The notes under the pieces: model-generated
Seen by the model: the letters and a program-made list of their open reading frames with translations, nothing else
What the model was told of the DNA's origin: nothing
The model's database searches: none
Assembly (NCBI GenBank): GCA_963827865.1
Contig: CAWHCO010000001.1
Span: 111,304-175,303, forward strand
DNA length: 64,000 nucleotides
Direction: 5' to 3'
Source of the DNA: an uncultured bacterium
GTDB lineage: Bacteria; Actinomycetota; Acidimicrobiia; Spongiisociales; UBA4744
Shown: positions 19,672 to 29,429 of the stretch, in pieces
Layout: each line of letters opens with the position of its first letter
How positions within the stretch are numbered: position 1 is the first letter of the stretch
Position numbers and translations under genes: made by a program

Positions 19672-19965
19672 CGACAGCTTCTGTTCGAAACGGGGCTGCC
19701 GGTTCGCTACTACCTCCCCAAGAAGGACGTGAGAATGGACCTGACGACATCGTCCTCCACCCACTCCGCTTGCCCCTACAAGGGCACGGCCGACTACTGG
19801 TCGATCACGATCGACGAGAACGTTCACGAGGATCTGGTCTGGAGCTACCGGTTGCCAACTCTCGAAAGCGCCAAGATCGCCGGGCTGGTCGGCTTCTGCA
19901 ACGAGAAGGTCGATACGTACGTCGATGGTGTTCTCCAGCCGAGGCCCAAGACCGGGTACTCCTGA
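19672..19965 (+). pseudogene. DUF427 family fragment lacking its N-terminus
   Basis: LLFETGLPVRYYLP, CPYKGTADYW, WSYRLP; no convincing start codon/SD upstream. Confidence 0.7.
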
Positions 19966-20110
19966 ACCGAGTGGGTCCGTGAGCGAAGATCCTCTCAACC
20001 ACGACCGTCCAGTAGTGGCTAGATGGTCCTCGCTCTCGAGTTCAAGTTGGCACGTGCCCAGCGGGCTCCTTCTCTGTCTTCGGTGTCGCGTTGATCGCCG
20101 AGTGGTGTCG

Positions 20111-20353
20111 TCAGGTGCCGGCTCCGACCAGCAGGGATTGCAGTTCAGCGACCTTCGGGACTCGGCCCGCCACTACGACCTTCTCGTCGACGACCAGCGC
20201 CGGGGTCGACATGACGCCGTAGGAAGCGATGTCCCCATAGTCCGTGACCTTCTCGATCTCAGCTTGGAGACCGAGCAGGCTCACTGCTTCGGCGGTTCGC
20301 TTCTCGAGGGCTTGGCAGTTGGCGCACCCGGCGCCGAGCACTTTGATCTTCAT
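20111..20353 (-). CDS. Small redox-active disulfide protein (MTH895-like thioredoxin)
   Basis: MKIKVLGAGCANC (CxxC), YGVMSTPALVVD. Confidence 0.9.
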   Translation of the reverse strand: MKIKVLGAGCANCQALEKRTAEAVSLLGLQAEIEKVTDYGDIASYGVMSTPALVVDEKVVVAGRVPKVAELQSLLVGAGT

Positions 20354-20364
20354 GGGACTCTCCT

Positions 20365-21420
20365 TCATAGAACCAGGTTGAACAGGAAACCGACGGCGAG
20401 GATGCCTACCCCGACCACTCCCACGAACACCGCGAGGAGATGGGGTTTCAGCACTCGCCTCAATAGGACGAGTTCGGGGACCGAGAGGGCGACCACCGAC
20501 ATCATGAAGGCCAGGACCGTGCCGATCGCCAGCCCTTTGGCGTGGAGGGCTTCGACGAGTGGGAGGATCCCGGCGGCGTTCGAGTAGAGGGGGATGCCGA
20601 GGCCCACTGCGACTGGCACGGCGAGGGGGTTGTCTGGCCCTGCGTACCTCACGAAGAACCCTTCCGGGACCCAGCCGTGGATGGCGGCTCCGATTCCGAT
20701 GCCGGCGAGCAGGTAGGGCCAGATCTTGCTGATGATGGTCCGGACTTCCTCTCGTGCGATGGCGAAGCGATCACTCCAGCTAAGCCCCCTGGACGCGTCG
20801 ACCGGCTGGCCTCGAAGCGTCGTCTCGAACACGAACGATTCGATCCAACGTTCGAGATGGAGCCGTCCGATCACCCATCCGGCGACGACGGCCACGACGA
20901 GTCCCGCCGTCACGTAGAGCGCCGCGACCTGCCAGCCGAACAGGCCGTACAAGAGGACGATGGCGACCTCGTTGACCATCGGACTGGCGATCAGGAAGCT
21001 CATCGTGATCCCCAGCGGGACGCCGGCAGCGACGAACCCGATGAAAGCGGGCACGGCACTGCATGAACAGAACGGAGTCACCACGCCGAGACCGGCGGCC
21101 GCCACGTTCCCGACTCCTTCGCGACGTCCACCGAGCAGCGCCCGCGTGCGTTCGACGCTCATGAAGCTGCGCAGGACGGTCACAGCGAAGATGATGCCGG
21201 CCAGCAGCAGCAGGATCTTGGTCGTATCGAAGATGAAGAACTCGAGGGCATCGCCTAGGCGGCTCTCTGGGGTGAACCCGGCCACGTCGTTGACCACCCA
21301 CCGCGACAGCGGACCATTGACCTGGTACGCGAACAACCAGGCAGCCGCTGCGGCCGCGAGCCCGCCCCAGACGTGCCACGGTGACCGCACCGCGGGGCCG
21401 GCGCGCAGGGCGGTGCTCAT
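20365..21420 (-). CDS. arsP: DUF318 permease (ArsP-like organoarsenical exporter)
   Basis: TPFCSCS, FLIASP, GIPLYSNAAG, SVPE motifs; in operon with ArsR; start at ATG 21420. Confidence 0.75.
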   Translation of the reverse strand: MSTALRAGPAVRSPWHVWGGLAAAAAAWLFAYQVNGPLSRWVVNDVAGFTPESRLGDALEFFIFDTTKILLLLAGIIFAVTVLRSFMSVERTRALLGGRREGVGNVAAAGLGVVTPFCSCSAVPAFIGFVAAGVPLGITMSFLIASPMVNEVAIVLLYGLFGWQVAALYVTAGLVVAVVAGWVIGRLHLERWIESFVFETTLRGQPVDASRGLSWSDRFAIAREEVRTIISKIWPYLLAGIGIGAAIHGWVPEGFFVRYAGPDNPLAVPVAVGLGIPLYSNAAGILPLVEALHAKGLAIGTVLAFMMSVVALSVPELVLLRRVLKPHLLAVFVGVVGVGILAVGFLFNLVL

Positions 21421-21427
21421 GGTTGCT

Positions 21428-21721
21428 TCACCCGAGACCGTTTGGAAGGGAGCCTTGCACCAGTCGCGCCGTCTCGTCGGACAGTCGGTAGTCGACCCAC
21501 CGGCCTCGCCTGGAGGCCTCCACCAAACCGGCCTCCCGCAGAACTCGCAGGTGATAGGACAGCAGGTTTGGGGCGATGTCGATGGATACTTGAAGATCAC
21601 AGACGCATCGCTGACAGGACGCGAGCTGGTCGAGGATCTGGAGCCGAATCGGATCCCCCAACGCAGAGAATACGGCTGCCCTGTCTTCAATCGATGTTGA
21701 TTCAAGATCCGTTGAAGTCAT
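21428..21721 (-). CDS. arsR: ArsR/SmtB family repressor
   Basis: FSALGDPIRL, CQRCVCDL metal-binding Cys cluster, LSYHLRVLREAGLV HTH. Confidence 0.85.
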   Translation of the reverse strand: MTSTDLESTSIEDRAAVFSALGDPIRLQILDQLASCQRCVCDLQVSIDIAPNLLSYHLRVLREAGLVEASRRGRWVDYRLSDETARLVQGSLPNGLG

Positions 21722-21733
21722 GTACGCATCATG
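21701..21733 (-). promoter_or_regulatory. Leaderless promoter and ArsR-type operator of the ars operon
   Basis: -10 CATGAT (21733-21728) 6 nt before ATG 21721; palindrome TTCAA-N6-TTGAA (21701-21716) in the first codons. Confidence 0.55.
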
Positions 21734-21859
21734 GCACGGCGCTGCAAGGATCAGTAGAGGCGAAAGTCCCAAGTTGCAGCCGAAAGCCCCTCATCGAGAG
21801 GCCGATCCCCCTGATGAGCATCGGCAGGGAGGCGCTGGATCGCAAGACCCCTCTGAGGC

Positions 21860-22684
21860 CTAGTCCCGGTCAGTCTGTGCCGCCTGATTGGACAGACGGT
21901 ACCCGAGGTCGCTGACGAGCTTGGTGATGAGCGAGGCCCCGTCGGCAGTGGGATGGATCGCATCCGAGGACACGAGACCCGATGCCATGGGATCGTTTGT
22001 GCCGTCAGGCCCGTTGAAGGCGTTGAGGAGGCGCGCCACCGGAATGCCGTGGGAAACGGCAGTGTCCCTGACGAACTGCTGTGCTTTGACCCAGTACGGA
22101 GCCACCTCGTCCAGTGTCCCTCCGGCGGCGAAATCGCCGACGTGCACCAGATAGGCGTCCATGCCTCGGACCAACGTCTCGCTGGGATCGATGAGGCTCA
22201 TCAGCTCGGTGAAGATCGCCTCCGTGTTCGCCTCATACTCGGTGAGGATGTCGCGAAGGCACTGCTGGCCGTCATCACCTCCGCAGTCGGCGGGGTCATA
22301 GCCCCCAACACCGGCCACGGTCTGCCAGGGCACCGCCCACCCGTCGAACGGAACGAGCATCGTCACGACATCCGCCTGAGTCAGATCCTGACGAAACCGC
22401 TCGTTGGTCCGCATCCGTTCGAGCAGGGCCGCGGAGCTGTCGTTCGGGACTGTTCTGTTGGGCAGGTCGACGTCCACGCCAAACTCGGCCTGAAGCCGTT
22501 CCCGGTACTGGTAGATGAACCCCGATTGGGTGTCCGGCGTGAACGTGGCCGAGTTGCCGATGGGTACGTACACCAGAGGTCCCCCACCCACATCCAGGGT
22601 CGAGGAACTGCACGAAACCACTGCGAGCATGAGCGACACGCCGAGCGCAGTTAGCACGGCCTTCGACATGACACGCCTCTGCAT
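21860..22684 (-). CDS. SGNH/GDSL hydrolase family lipoprotein
   Basis: Lipobox VSC, IGNS block I, DAIHP block V; SD GGGAGG. Confidence 0.75.
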   Translation of the reverse strand: MQRRVMSKAVLTALGVSLMLAVVSCSSSTLDVGGGPLVYVPIGNSATFTPDTQSGFIYQYRERLQAEFGVDVDLPNRTVPNDSSAALLERMRTNERFRQDLTQADVVTMLVPFDGWAVPWQTVAGVGGYDPADCGGDDGQQCLRDILTEYEANTEAIFTELMSLIDPSETLVRGMDAYLVHVGDFAAGGTLDEVAPYWVKAQQFVRDTAVSHGIPVARLLNAFNGPDGTNDPMASGLVSSDAIHPTADGASLITKLVSDLGYRLSNQAAQTDRD

Positions 22685-22714
22685 GCGAACCTCCCACGCG
22701 GTGGGTGCCGGTTT

Positions 22715-23710
22715 TCAGGACTGGATAACGACCACGCAGAAGGTGTAGGCGATCCCGCTACCCAACAGCCAGTCGGCAAACAGGGGCGTCGCATTTCCCA
22801 AAACCGCTTCGAAAGCCACCCGATACCGCCCAGGGTCGATGGTCACCGTCTTCGCCACAACTCCACTCCGAGTGCACACGTCCGCCGGGGGTGTCCCGAC
22901 GTACTTCTGGCACGTCGGGCAGGAGTCGAGTACCTCGAGCGTCGGGGTGGGACCTCCCATCGAGAACCTGAGCATCTCTGGTGCTGCGTTGATGATGAGT
23001 ACCTGCGCTGTCCCCGATGGAGCCGTTCCGCTGACGGTGGGTTGGATCGAAGGGTCGGGAGGTGTTCCCACACAGGAAACCCCACCGAGCGCGTCACTCA
23101 GCCGCTTGAGGAACGATGCGATCTGCCCCCGGGTCACCGTCTGATTCGGAGAAAACGTCGTTGCGCTCGTCCCTGTGGTCACACCCACGGCCTTCGCCCA
23201 GGCCACCGCCGACGCATAGAACGCCGAAGGGCCGACGTCACTGAAGCCGGGGTCCGGGCTTCCCGCCGGAACGCCCGCACACCGATGCAGCAGTGTCGTC
23301 ATCTGGCCTCGCGTCAACGGATCCCCTGGGGTGAAGAGATTCGAGGTGGTTCCCGACGTTATGCCGAACAGAAACGCCCACTTCACAGCGTCGTTGTAGA
23401 AATCGCCGGATCCAACATCCGTGAAGCCGTGCCCCGGCGATCCAGTTGGCGAACCCGAATAGCGGAACAGGAAGGTGACCGCCTGCCCCCTCGTCACCGG
23501 CAGGTCTGGACCGAAGAGGCCAGGACCGATCCCTGTTGTGATCCCTCGGCCCACTAGCCACTCGACATCCTGGGCGTAGAACGCGTTGGGATCCACATCG
23601 GTGAAGGACGTCTGGCCATGGGCGGGCGCGCCCCCAAGGGCCACGAAGGCCACCATCACGCAGAACGCCAGGCCCGCGTGTACCCAACCAGAACCTCTGG
23701 ATCTCGACAT
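22715..23710 (-). CDS. Secreted S-layer homology (SLH) domain protein
   Basis: Signal peptide and three SLH repeats (FTDV/FSDV...TRGQ) followed by a Cys-containing C-terminal domain. Confidence 0.85.
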   Translation of the reverse strand: MSRSRGSGWVHAGLAFCVMVAFVALGGAPAHGQTSFTDVDPNAFYAQDVEWLVGRGITTGIGPGLFGPDLPVTRGQAVTFLFRYSGSPTGSPGHGFTDVGSGDFYNDAVKWAFLFGITSGTTSNLFTPGDPLTRGQMTTLLHRCAGVPAGSPDPGFSDVGPSAFYASAVAWAKAVGVTTGTSATTFSPNQTVTRGQIASFLKRLSDALGGVSCVGTPPDPSIQPTVSGTAPSGTAQVLIINAAPEMLRFSMGGPTPTLEVLDSCPTCQKYVGTPPADVCTRSGVVAKTVTIDPGRYRVAFEAVLGNATPLFADWLLGSGIAYTFCVVVIQS

Positions 23711-23933
23711 CAGCCACTCCCCTCTCACTGCCGTGCTCACTACTCAGCCCTATTCAGCAGACTACGCCTCGGGACCGACCCCTTGTCGGGTCGGTCGGCG
23801 CTATCCACGAGTAGGCCGGGACTATCTTGAAGTCACATGAGCGCGGCTGCCAAGACCGTGCCACGAGCATGCACTCGCCCCGCGGCAGGACAAGCGAGGT
23901 TGCACTCCCGAGCTAGAACGGACACGATGACAA

Positions 23934-24914
23934 ATGGCCACACCCAGCCCGACCGACAAGTCGAGGATCGGCAGGACGAACCTCACGGTCGCCAAGATCT
24001 GCTTCGGAACCTCCCCACTAGGGGATATGCCGGGCACCTACGGCTACAGCGTCGGTCCGGAACGTGCAAAGGAGACGATCCGGGCGATCTTCGATGGACC
24101 GTGCAACTTCATCGACACGTCACGAAACTACGGATCCGGCCGCTCAGAGCAGCGCATCGGCGAGGTCATCGCCGAGCGCGGTGGCTTGTCCGATGGCTTC
24201 GTCGTCTCAACCAAGCTCGACCGTGACCCCGAGACCGATCGGTTCGATGCTGCCCGGGCGCGCCGGTCGATCGAGCAGAGCCTCGGCGTGCTCGGCCTTG
24301 ACCGCATCAACCTTCTCCATCTTCACGATCCCGAGTACGCCAGGTCCATGGGACAGGTCAGCGGTCCCAGAGGTTCCATCGCCGAACTCTTCAAAATGAA
24401 GGAGGAGGGGCTGGCCGATGCGGTCGGATTGGCGGCCGGCAATGTCGATGTGATGATGCCGATCTTGCGGGAGTGGGATTTCGACGCGCTGATCACCCAC
24501 AATCGGTTCACCCTCGTCAACCGCAATGCGGAGGCGATGATGGACCTCGCCCACTCGAAAGGGATCGCCGTGCTGAACGCCGCGCCCTACTCTGGCGGCG
24601 TCCTGGCCAAGGGATCGGCGTCCTTCCACCGTTATGTTTATCAGGAAGCATCGGAAGAGATACTCGACCCCATCCGACAGATCGAGGTCGTCTGCGCTCG
24701 CCATGGGGTCCCCACCGGCGCGGCGGCCCTGCAGTTTTCCATGCGCGATCCGCGGGTGACGTCGACGATCTGCGGCGTCAGCAAGCCCGAGCGGATTGCC
24801 GAGACCCTGGAATGGGCTCAATGGCCGATTCCCGACGCAGTGTGGGATGAGCTCCTGGCGCTGCCCTTCTCGGTAGGCGACCCGGAGGCAACCCGGGATT
24901 ACAGCTCTGGCTAG
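23934..24914 (+). CDS. Aldo/keto reductase
   Basis: FIDTSRNYG (catalytic Asp/Tyr), STK, LHDP TIM-barrel motifs. Confidence 0.9.
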   Translation: MATPSPTDKSRIGRTNLTVAKICFGTSPLGDMPGTYGYSVGPERAKETIRAIFDGPCNFIDTSRNYGSGRSEQRIGEVIAERGGLSDGFVVSTKLDRDPETDRFDAARARRSIEQSLGVLGLDRINLLHLHDPEYARSMGQVSGPRGSIAELFKMKEEGLADAVGLAAGNVDVMMPILREWDFDALITHNRFTLVNRNAEAMMDLAHSKGIAVLNAAPYSGGVLAKGSASFHRYVYQEASEEILDPIRQIEVVCARHGVPTGAAALQFSMRDPRVTSTICGVSKPERIAETLEWAQWPIPDAVWDELLALPFSVGDPEATRDYSSG

Positions 24915-24986
24915 ATGGTGCCACTCACGCAGCACCTTGGCACTTCTTCCAGATCCGTGAATGAGTGCGGGCGGACGGAATCGGCG

Positions 24987-25130
24987 CTAGATGACGAAGC
25001 TGGCGAAGCCCAGGGCCAGGCCGAGGGCAACAAGGTTCAAGGCACCGATCTCCACACCCACTGCAGCTAACACGAATACCACTACTGCTGCGGCGAGCAG
25101 GAGCTTGGATACTCCCCATTTCTTGGCCAT
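24987..25130 (-). CDS. 47-aa two-helix membrane microprotein (not in ORF track)
   Basis: MAKKWGVSKLLLAAAVVVFVLAAVGVEIGALNLVALGLALGFASFVI*, SD AGGAGGAG. Confidence 0.65.
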   Translation of the reverse strand: MAKKWGVSKLLLAAAVVVFVLAAVGVEIGALNLVALGLALGFASFVI

Positions 25131-25411
25131 GCTGTCTCCTCCTACGGTTCCGGGCGAAGGCCAGGCTATCCGTCGGAAAGGTGAACTCCAACCGCCGGAG
25201 GTTGCGTCTCACCCGACCTCTTGATTCTCTGGTGACCAGTCCGCGGCGAGGGCATCACAGTGCGCCACCGAAAGCGGCGAGTGTTCCTGGCAGGCAGATC
25301 CGATCACGGTCAACCAGCGCGCCGTAGCGGCCCGGAGCGCGGCGCACGAGCCTTCGATGCCGATCAGGTGATTGGGTCGCGCCGGCCCGGCCCTCTCCGC
25401 GACCCAGCAGG

Positions 25412-25675
25412 TCAGGCCCGCCGGCTCCGAGCGAAGAAACCGTAGATCACCAGCACGACGATCGACCCGACGATTGCAATCAGCCACGTACGAATCTCGA
25501 AGAAACCGCCGAGGCTGATGTCGAAGATGAGGCTGGCCAGCCACCCGCCCAGGAGTGCGCCGACGACGCCGAGGAGCATCGTCATGAAGAAGCCGCCACC
25601 CTGCGCACCGGGTAGGAGCAGTTTCGCGATGGCTCCGGCAATGAGACCGAGGATAAGAAACGCGACAAGACCCAT
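25412..25675 (-). CDS. GlsB/YeaQ/YmgE (transglycosylase-associated) membrane protein
   Basis: LGLIAGAIAKLLLPG...LLGVVGALLGG...VGSIVVL. Confidence 0.88.
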   Translation of the reverse strand: MGLVAFLILGLIAGAIAKLLLPGAQGGGFFMTMLLGVVGALLGGWLASLIFDISLGGFFEIRTWLIAIVGSIVVLVIYGFFARSRRA

Positions 25676-25881
25676 GGCCTTTTCCCTTCTGTCTGCACCC
25701 ACCAGGCGGATGCGTCTGCTCAACCACAAGGTGATCGCCGGCCACAAACGGCGGCTCGTTCGAACACCCATGTCATACCGTATCCTCGGGCCAGTAAGTC
25801 GTGTGGACTCCGAGTTGAGGAACACTCCGATCCTATCCGGTTACCGCGCCGGATCTCGCACAAATCGCCATCTTCGCCGCT

Positions 25882-26168
25882 CTCCAGGCGCTGAAACCGA
25901 CCGACCTGAACCGGCCCTATCGTGATCTGCTCCACAAGGAGAGCGCCGACGGCCAGGGCCTCGCCCCGAAGTCGAAGTGTGCACGTCATGCTGCACGCCG
26001 CCCTGCGCGACCCCGTCCGCTGGGAGATGACCCCTCGGAATCCCGCGCACCTCGCCGAACCACTGAGGACGCCAACGACTCGAGTGATCACGTCGTCACC
26101 TGCCGAGGTGCGTCGATTTCTCGAGTACGTGAAGGATGATCGGATGCGAGCCGTCTGGACGCTCGCTA
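25882..26168 (+). pseudogene. Tyrosine integrase remnant (core-binding region; catalytic domain deleted)
   Basis: LQALKPTDLNRPYRDLL...LAPKS-[frameshift]-VHVMLHAALRDPVRW...RNPA...AEVRRFLEYVKDDRMRAVWTLA, ending just before the first catalytic Arg motif. Confidence 0.75.
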
Positions 26169-26189
26169 GTCCAACGCGAACGCAGCGAC

Positions 26190-26426
26190 CTACAAACCCA
26201 GCTCGTCGAACTCACCCGCAACCCCGCCGGGCTCATCAGCGCCTTGCGCAAGCTCGAACAGAAAGACAGACTCTTCGCCAAGTTCAACCACTCGACGGCG
26301 GCCATGTGCATCGACGACCCGCTTCAACACCACGAGACCTGGTTCCATCGCCTCTTCGACATCCACCCTCCCGTCAACGAACCCATCGCCGTCCTCCAAA
26401 GGATCGAGCGGGGCCAGAGCGTCTAG
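26190..26426 (+). pseudogene. M48 (HtpX-like) peptidase C-terminal remnant
   Basis: VELTRNPAGLISALRKL...AMCIDDP...LFDIHPP; no HExxH and no start. Confidence 0.7.
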
Positions 26427-26479
26427 AGTTCCGGGGACCGGCCGATCGGAAACGCAGGACGAGAAGGGCCTGTTGAACA

Positions 26480-29019
26480 ATGGGCGAAGACGACACGACG
26501 CGCAGCAACGACTCGACAGCCGACCAGTCTGCTGCCGCCGGAGCGGAGCCAGGATCAAAGCCCAATGCCAGACAGGACCTGAAATCCCTCTCCCTCCCGG
26601 AAGTGGAGAAAGCGCTGGGATCGTCGCCGGACGGGCTCAGCCAAGCCGAGGCGCAGAAACGGATGGCCCAGTACGGGCCCAACGAGATCGAAGAGAAGAC
26701 GGTCAATCCGTTCCTGAAGTTCCTCACCTACTTCTGGGGTCCCATCCCTTGGATGATCGAAGTGGCCGTGATCCTTTCCGCGGTTGCCCGGCATTGGCCG
26801 GACTTCTTCATCATCCTCGTGTTGCTTTTCTCCAACTCGGTGGTCGGATTCTGGGAAGAACACCAGGCGGGCAACGCCATTGAAGCCCTCAAGGCGAAAC
26901 TGGCCATCATGGCCAGGGTGAAACGTGACGGGGAGTGGACCACCCAGCAATCGCGTGAACTCGTGCCGGGCGACGTCATCCGTGTGCGTCTGGGCGACAT
27001 CGTACCCGCGGATGCGCGCCTGCTGGCGGGTGACGCGATAGAAGTGGACCAGTCCGCGCTGACAGGAGAGTCGCTACCCGCGACACTCAACGCCGGCGAG
27101 GCGGTGTTTTCGGGGTCGATCATTCGCCAGGGAGAAGTAGACGCATTGGTGTACGCCACCGGGACGAACACCTACTTCGGGAAAACCGCTCAGCTGGTCC
27201 AGGAAGCGCACACCGTCAGCCACTTCCAACGCGCGGTCTTGAAGATCGGCAACTACCTAATCATGCTCGCCGTGGCTTTGGTGGCGGTGATCATCGCCGT
27301 CGCCCTTCTCCGCGGCGACCCCCTTCTCACCACTTTGCAGTTCGCCCTGGTGCTGACGGTGGCAGCGATACCGGTGGCGATGCCCACGGTGCTGTCGGTG
27401 ACCATGGCGGTCGGCGCGCGCCTGCTGGCCAAGAGAGAGGCGATTGTGACCCGACTAGCGTCGATCGAGGAGCTGGCCGGCGTCGACGTGCTGTGTGCGG
27501 ACAAGACCGGCACCCTGACCCAGAACAAGCTGACGCTGGGTGATGCATTCAGCGTGGACGGCATCCGTGCCGATCAGGTCATCTTCTGCGCCGCTCTTGC
27601 CTCGCGGCGGAAGACCAGGACACCATCGATCTGGCCGTGCTGGGAGCTCTGAAAGATGCCAAGGCCCTGGACGGGTACCGGGTGGTCCACTTCCAGCCGT
27701 TCGACCCGGTGCACAAACGCACCGAAGCCACCGTGGAAGCCACCGACGGAAGCCAGTTCAAGGTGACCAAAGGTGCGCCGCAGGTAATCCTGGAATTGTC
27801 GGCCAACGCAGCCCAGGTCAATCCCGCCGTCGAAAACGCGGTCAACGAATTTGCCACGCGCGGCTTTCGCTCATTGGGCGTTGCCAGGGCCGAGGGAGAA
27901 GGCCAATGGCAGTTTCTCGGCGTGCTGCCACTATTCGATCCGCCGCGCGAGCAGGCCAAGGCGACCATCGCGACCGCCCGCGACATGGGGGTAGACGTCA
28001 AGATGGTGACGGGTGATCAATTGGCCATCGCCCGCGAAACGGCCAGGAAACTGGGGCTGGGCACACACATCCTCGATGCCGGTGGCTTCGGCGATACCGA
28101 CCATCACGAGACGCCGCAATTGGCAGAGTCCATCGAGAAGGCTGACGGCTTCGCCCAGGTGTTCCCCGAGCACAAGTTTCACATCGTGGACGTCCTGCAG
28201 CAGCGCGGACATATCGTCGGTATGACAGGGGACGGGGTCAACGACGCCCCTGCACTCAAGAAGGCCGACTGCGGTATCGCCGTTTCGGGGGCAACCGACG
28301 CTGCTCGCGCCGCAGCGTCGATCGTGCTGATGGCGCCCGGCCTGTCGGTGATCATCGACGCGATCCGGGCAAGCCGCAGGACCTTCCAGCGGATGAACAG
28401 CTACGCGGTCTACCGCATCGCCGAGACGCTGCGTGTGCTGTTGTTCATGACGCTGGCGATCCTCGTCTTCAACTTCTATCCGGTGACCGCGGTGATGATC
28501 GTGCTGCTGGCTTTGCTCAACGACGGAGCCATCCTGTCCATCGCCTATGACAACGTTCACTACAAGGATGAGCCTGAGTCATGGAACATGCGCCTTGTGC
28601 TGGGAATCTCCACGGCGCTGGGCGTCATTGGGGTCGTCGCAGCTTTCGGACTGTTCTACCTCGGCGAGCGGGTCTTTCATCTCGATCGGGCGCAAATCCA
28701 GACGCTCATGTACTTGAAGTTGTCGGTGGCCGGTCATCTGACAATCTTTCTCACCCGCACACGCGGCCCGTTCTGGTCCATCCGCCCCGCGTGGATTCTG
28801 TGGCTGGCGGTGCTCGGAACGCAAGCGCTGGCGACTCTGATTGCGGTATATGGACTGTTCATGACACCCCTCGGCTGGGGCTGGGCACTGTTTGTTTGGG
28901 GCTACGCCCTGGCCTGGTTCCTCTTGAATGACCGGATAAAGCTGCTCGCCTACCGGATACTCGACCCTGTCAAGCCTGAGTCGGGCGACACTGTGGCTCG
29001 GGCTTCAGCACAACACTGA
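26480..29019 (+). CDS. P-type H+-exporting ATPase (type IIIA/PMA-like), one frameshift near 27607
   Basis: YGPNEI, DQSALTGES, DKTGTLT phosphorylation site, KGAP, MVTGD, TGDGVNDAPALKKA; adding one base at TCG CGG (G)CG GAA GAC CAG joins ORFs 26480..27652 and 27637..29019. Confidence 0.88.
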
Positions 29020-29086
29020 ACGACCCAAGGCGGAGGACAAGGACCCTTGATTTCCCGCGAAGCGTGGCGCCGAGTCTTCCGGCAGC

Positions 29087-29388
29087 ATCATCGACACCCT
29101 CGATCTGACGAAGGTCCACGAGGGCAGCGACTTTCGCGCGGTAGACGACTTGAACCTCTCGGTCGCGCCAGGGGAGATCTTCGGTCGTAGCGGCTCTGGC
29201 CGCGGCAAAGATGGGCGACCCGCCCTGGCCGCAGACGATCGTGCTCATCAACCCGCTGATCAATGTCAACGAAGGGGGTGCGGGCAGCATTCGCCGATGC
29301 CCCGCACATGCCCCTCTACCCCATCATGCTCATCGGATTCTCCGCGACGTTCCTCTGGATCGGGCTCCGTAGCCGAGTCTTGTCCTAG
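29087..29388 (+). pseudogene. Collapsed ABC transporter remnant (ATPase 5' end joined to permease 3' end)
   Basis: IIDTLDLTKVHEGSDFRAVDDLNLSVAPGEIFG followed within ~100 bp by hydrophobic ...PLYPIMLIGFSATFLWIGLRSRVLS*. Confidence 0.6.
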
Positions 29389-29429
29389 TTGGGCCCGGAC
29401 CGGCGGGCGGTGTCCGTTGAGGTGATCGC

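Noticed and set aside
25172-25193. Weak gapped resemblance to the tRNA-Leu 3' end
   Set aside because: Only a 6-nt exact core and needs a gap; within chance for GC-rich DNA.
29147-29156. GACTTGAACC match to the tRNA T arm
   Set aside because: Lies inside the ABC ATPase remnant (DDLNL codons) and lacks the acceptor-stem part.
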